From: an uncultured Prevotella sp.
Lineage (GTDB): Bacteria; Bacteroidota; Bacteroidia; Bacteroidales; Bacteroidaceae
DNA length: 64,000 bases
Assembly: GCA_900314195.1 (NCBI GenBank)
Contig: OMUH01000021.1
Span: 457 to 64,456 of the forward strand
Direction of reading: 5' to 3'
A program made the position numbers and the translations under genes. Below, one piece after another: positions 61,847 through 64,000 of this stretch. Below the pieces are notes generated by a model. That model was not told the DNA's origin, did not search any database, and saw only the letters and a list, made by a program, of their open reading frames with translations. How positions within the stretch are numbered: position 1 is the stretch's first letter; each line of letters opens with the position of its first letter.

Positions 61847-62016
61847 CATATTTTTTTCAAACATATTTTTGAGAAGAGAGCATATTTAAAATTTTTTCTT
61901 TTCAGTCATGTTTTAATTCTGTTGAGGAAATGTTTGCCTGGGTGAGAATGAAACGTTTTCTTGTATGTTTTTATCTTCCCTCAACATTTTTATAAGTTCT
62001 TGCAATCAATATAAAC

Positions 62017-63036
62017 ATGAGAAAATACTCACTTCTTTTATCACACATTCTTATTTTTTTTCTTGCCGTTCTGTTTGCCGGCTGCGGAAGCAAGAGCGGG
62101 CGCTTTAAGATAAGCGGAAAATTCCTGAACTTAAACCAGGGAGAGTTTTATGTGTACAGTCCTGACGGCGCCATTGACGGTATGGACACTATAAAAGTGC
62201 AGGGCGGACGGTTCAGCTACGACATTGCGTGCCATAAGGAGGGAACGCTGATAATAGTCTTTCCGAACTTCTCACAGCAGCCCGTGTTCACAAAGCCGGG
62301 CGGCAGCGTGGATATCAGCGGTGATGCAAGTCATATAAAAGAGATGAAGGTTGAGGGAACAAAAGACAATGAGCTCATGACGAAGTTCCGCAAGGCAACG
62401 TCGCAGTCCACACCGCCGGATGTCATTGCAGCGGCACGCCGCTTTGTGGCCGATAATCCTGATTCTTACGTATGTACATACATAATACGCAATTTCTTCA
62501 TAGAAACAGCTTCGCCAGATTATGCATCAGCTGCTAAGCTGACGGCTGAGGCTCTGAAGGCACAGCCCGGCAACGGTTATCTGCTGCGCATAGGACAGAG
62601 CGTGAAAAACCTTGGCCGTGTGTCGGCCGGCAAGCCACTGCCGGCGTTCAAGACCGTTGCCGCCGACGGCAGCAGCACAGGCAGCGGAGCACTGTCTGCA
62701 GCACCTGTTGCTGTGGTGTATGTATGGGCAAGTTGGAATTTCAACAGCCTTGACATGCAGCGCTCGCTGAAAGACTATAAACGGCGTTACGGCAGCCGGC
62801 TTGCCTTGATGGGTATAAATATGGATGCCGACAAGGCCGTTTGCCAGCGCAACATGAAAGCTGACTCAATAACATGGCCGACGGTCAGCGACGGCCGCCT
62901 GTTCGACGGCTCTGCGGCACGCTCACTTGGCGTTACCTACGTGCCAGATAATATTGTGCTGCAGCACGGCAGGGTGGTGGCAGGGCATCTGCCGGCATCA
63001 CAGCTCAGGGAGCAACTTGACCGGCTGCTCAGATAA
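62017..63036 (+). CDS. DUF4369 / TlpA-like thioredoxin-fold lipoprotein
   Basis: Lipobox FAGC; DTIKVQGGRF; WASW motif; C-terminal thioredoxin fold with VP. Confidence 0.78.
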   Translation: MRKYSLLLSHILIFFLAVLFAGCGSKSGRFKISGKFLNLNQGEFYVYSPDGAIDGMDTIKVQGGRFSYDIACHKEGTLIIVFPNFSQQPVFTKPGGSVDISGDASHIKEMKVEGTKDNELMTKFRKATSQSTPPDVIAAARRFVADNPDSYVCTYIIRNFFIETASPDYASAAKLTAEALKAQPGNGYLLRIGQSVKNLGRVSAGKPLPAFKTVAADGSSTGSGALSAAPVAVVYVWASWNFNSLDMQRSLKDYKRRYGSRLALMGINMDADKAVCQRNMKADSITWPTVSDGRLFDGSAARSLGVTYVPDNIVLQHGRVVAGHLPASQLREQLDRLLR

Positions 63037-63135
63037 GAAGAGAAACTGTGGCTGTGCCTTTGTAAGACTGCCGGCTTTGCGGCCGGCATTGATGTTATCT
63101 ACCAAATAACAACGTAACAATCTATTTTTTCACAC

Positions 63136-64000
63136 ATGTTAGTAAAAACATATTGTGCGGCCGTCAACGGCCTTGAGGTGACCACTGTCACGGTAGAGGT
63201 TAGCCTGAGCCGCGGCGTCATGTATCATCTCACCGGTCTCGGCGATGAGGCCGTGCGTGAGGGCCGCGACCGCATAGCGGCTGCAATGCAGTATAACGGT
63301 TATAAGTTTCCGGTGGCCGACATTACAATCAACATGGCGCCGGCCGGACTGCGCAAGGAGGGCAGCAGCTTCGACCTGCCGCTGGCAATAGGCATCCTTG
63401 CTGCTGCCGGCGACATAGACGGCTCACAGCTCGGCAAGTTCATGATGGTGGGCGAGCTGAGCCTCGACGGCACGCTGCAGCCCGTGAAGGGCGCGCTGCC
63501 GATAGCCATTCGCGCAAGGGCCGAACACTTCAGCGGACTGATAGTGCCGCGGCAGAATGTGAGAGAGGCGGCCGTGGTGAACAACCTCGACGTGTATGGC
63601 GCCGACAACATAAAGCAGGTAATAGGAATTCTTGACGGCACGGCGCCGGTGCAGCCTACGGTTATTGACACGCGGAAGGAGTTCTATGAGAGTCAGGCAC
63701 ATTTCGACCTTGACTATGCCGACGTGCGCGGACAGCAGAACGTGAAGCGGGCGCTCGAGGTGGCAGCAGCCGGAGGTCACAACCTTATCATGATTGGTCC
63801 GCCGGGATCAGGAAAGTCGATGATGGCCAAGCGCCTGCCGTCCATACTGCCGCCGCTGTCGCTCTCGGAGAGCCTTGAGACAACGCAGATACACTCCATA
63901 GCCGGCAAGCTCGGCGCCGATGTGTCGCTCATTGCACAGCGGCCGTTCCGCGCACCACATCACACCATTTCTGAGGCGGCTCTCGTGGGCGGAGGCAGCA
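63136..64000 (+). CDS. comM: YifB/ComM Mg-chelatase-like AAA+ ATPase (truncated by window end)
   Basis: MLVKTYCAAVNG...INMAPAGLRKEGSSFDLPLAIG, GELSLDG, GPPGSGKSM, RPFRAPHHT; absent from the ORF track because no stop lies in the window. Confidence 0.93.
   Translation, partial: MLVKTYCAAVNGLEVTTVTVEVSLSRGVMYHLTGLGDEAVREGRDRIAAAMQYNGYKFPVADITINMAPAGLRKEGSSFDLPLAIGILAAAGDIDGSQLGKFMMVGELSLDGTLQPVKGALPIAIRARAEHFSGLIVPRQNVREAAVVNNLDVYGADNIKQVIGILDGTAPVQPTVIDTRKEFYESQAHFDLDYADVRGQQNVKRALEVAAAGGHNLIMIGPPGSGKSMMAKRLPSILPPLSLSESLETTQIHSIAGKLGADVSLIAQRPFRAPHHTISEAALVGGGS

Noticed and set aside
63136-64000. comM as a mobile-element insertion hotspot
   Set aside because: The visible part appears uninterrupted; the remainder lies outside the window.

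Overview
Bacteroidota chromosomal DNA, most likely Prevotellaceae, judged from TAnnTTTG -7 promoters, AT-rich leaders without Shine-Dalgarno sites, and gene content. From left to right: (1) an AT-richer TPR gene and a frameshifted TonB-dependent receptor; (2) dispersed intergenic repeats; (3) an ~18.5 kb aryl-polyene/flexirubin-like type II PKS cluster (3258-21736) with two fused KS-CLF genes, three ACPs, two esterases and an AMP-ligase, but no ammonia-lyase or FabG in the window; (4) orphan genes, a long inverted repeat and a promoter- and terminator-bounded, C-poor, TAGGT/TAGAT-rich candidate ncRNA (~24812-25083); (5) kduI-kduD, HU, rhomboid, EEP, secDF, ADP-ribosylglycohydrolase and tRNA-Arg; (6) a five-gene outer-membrane operon (34970-43821) encoding two DUF3575-like barrels, an OmpA-motif protein, a protein with five tandem beta-barrels and a TPR protein; (7) metG, ribD (in frame with a small downstream ORF), prmC, recX, a YtrA/GntR-ABC operon, an Rpn (PD-(D/E)XK) nuclease, pyrE, argH, tRNA-Gly, tRNA-Leu, a DUF4369 lipoprotein and a truncated comM. 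No CRISPR array, integrase or intact IS was seen. All family assignments come from reading motifs by eye; no searches were run.
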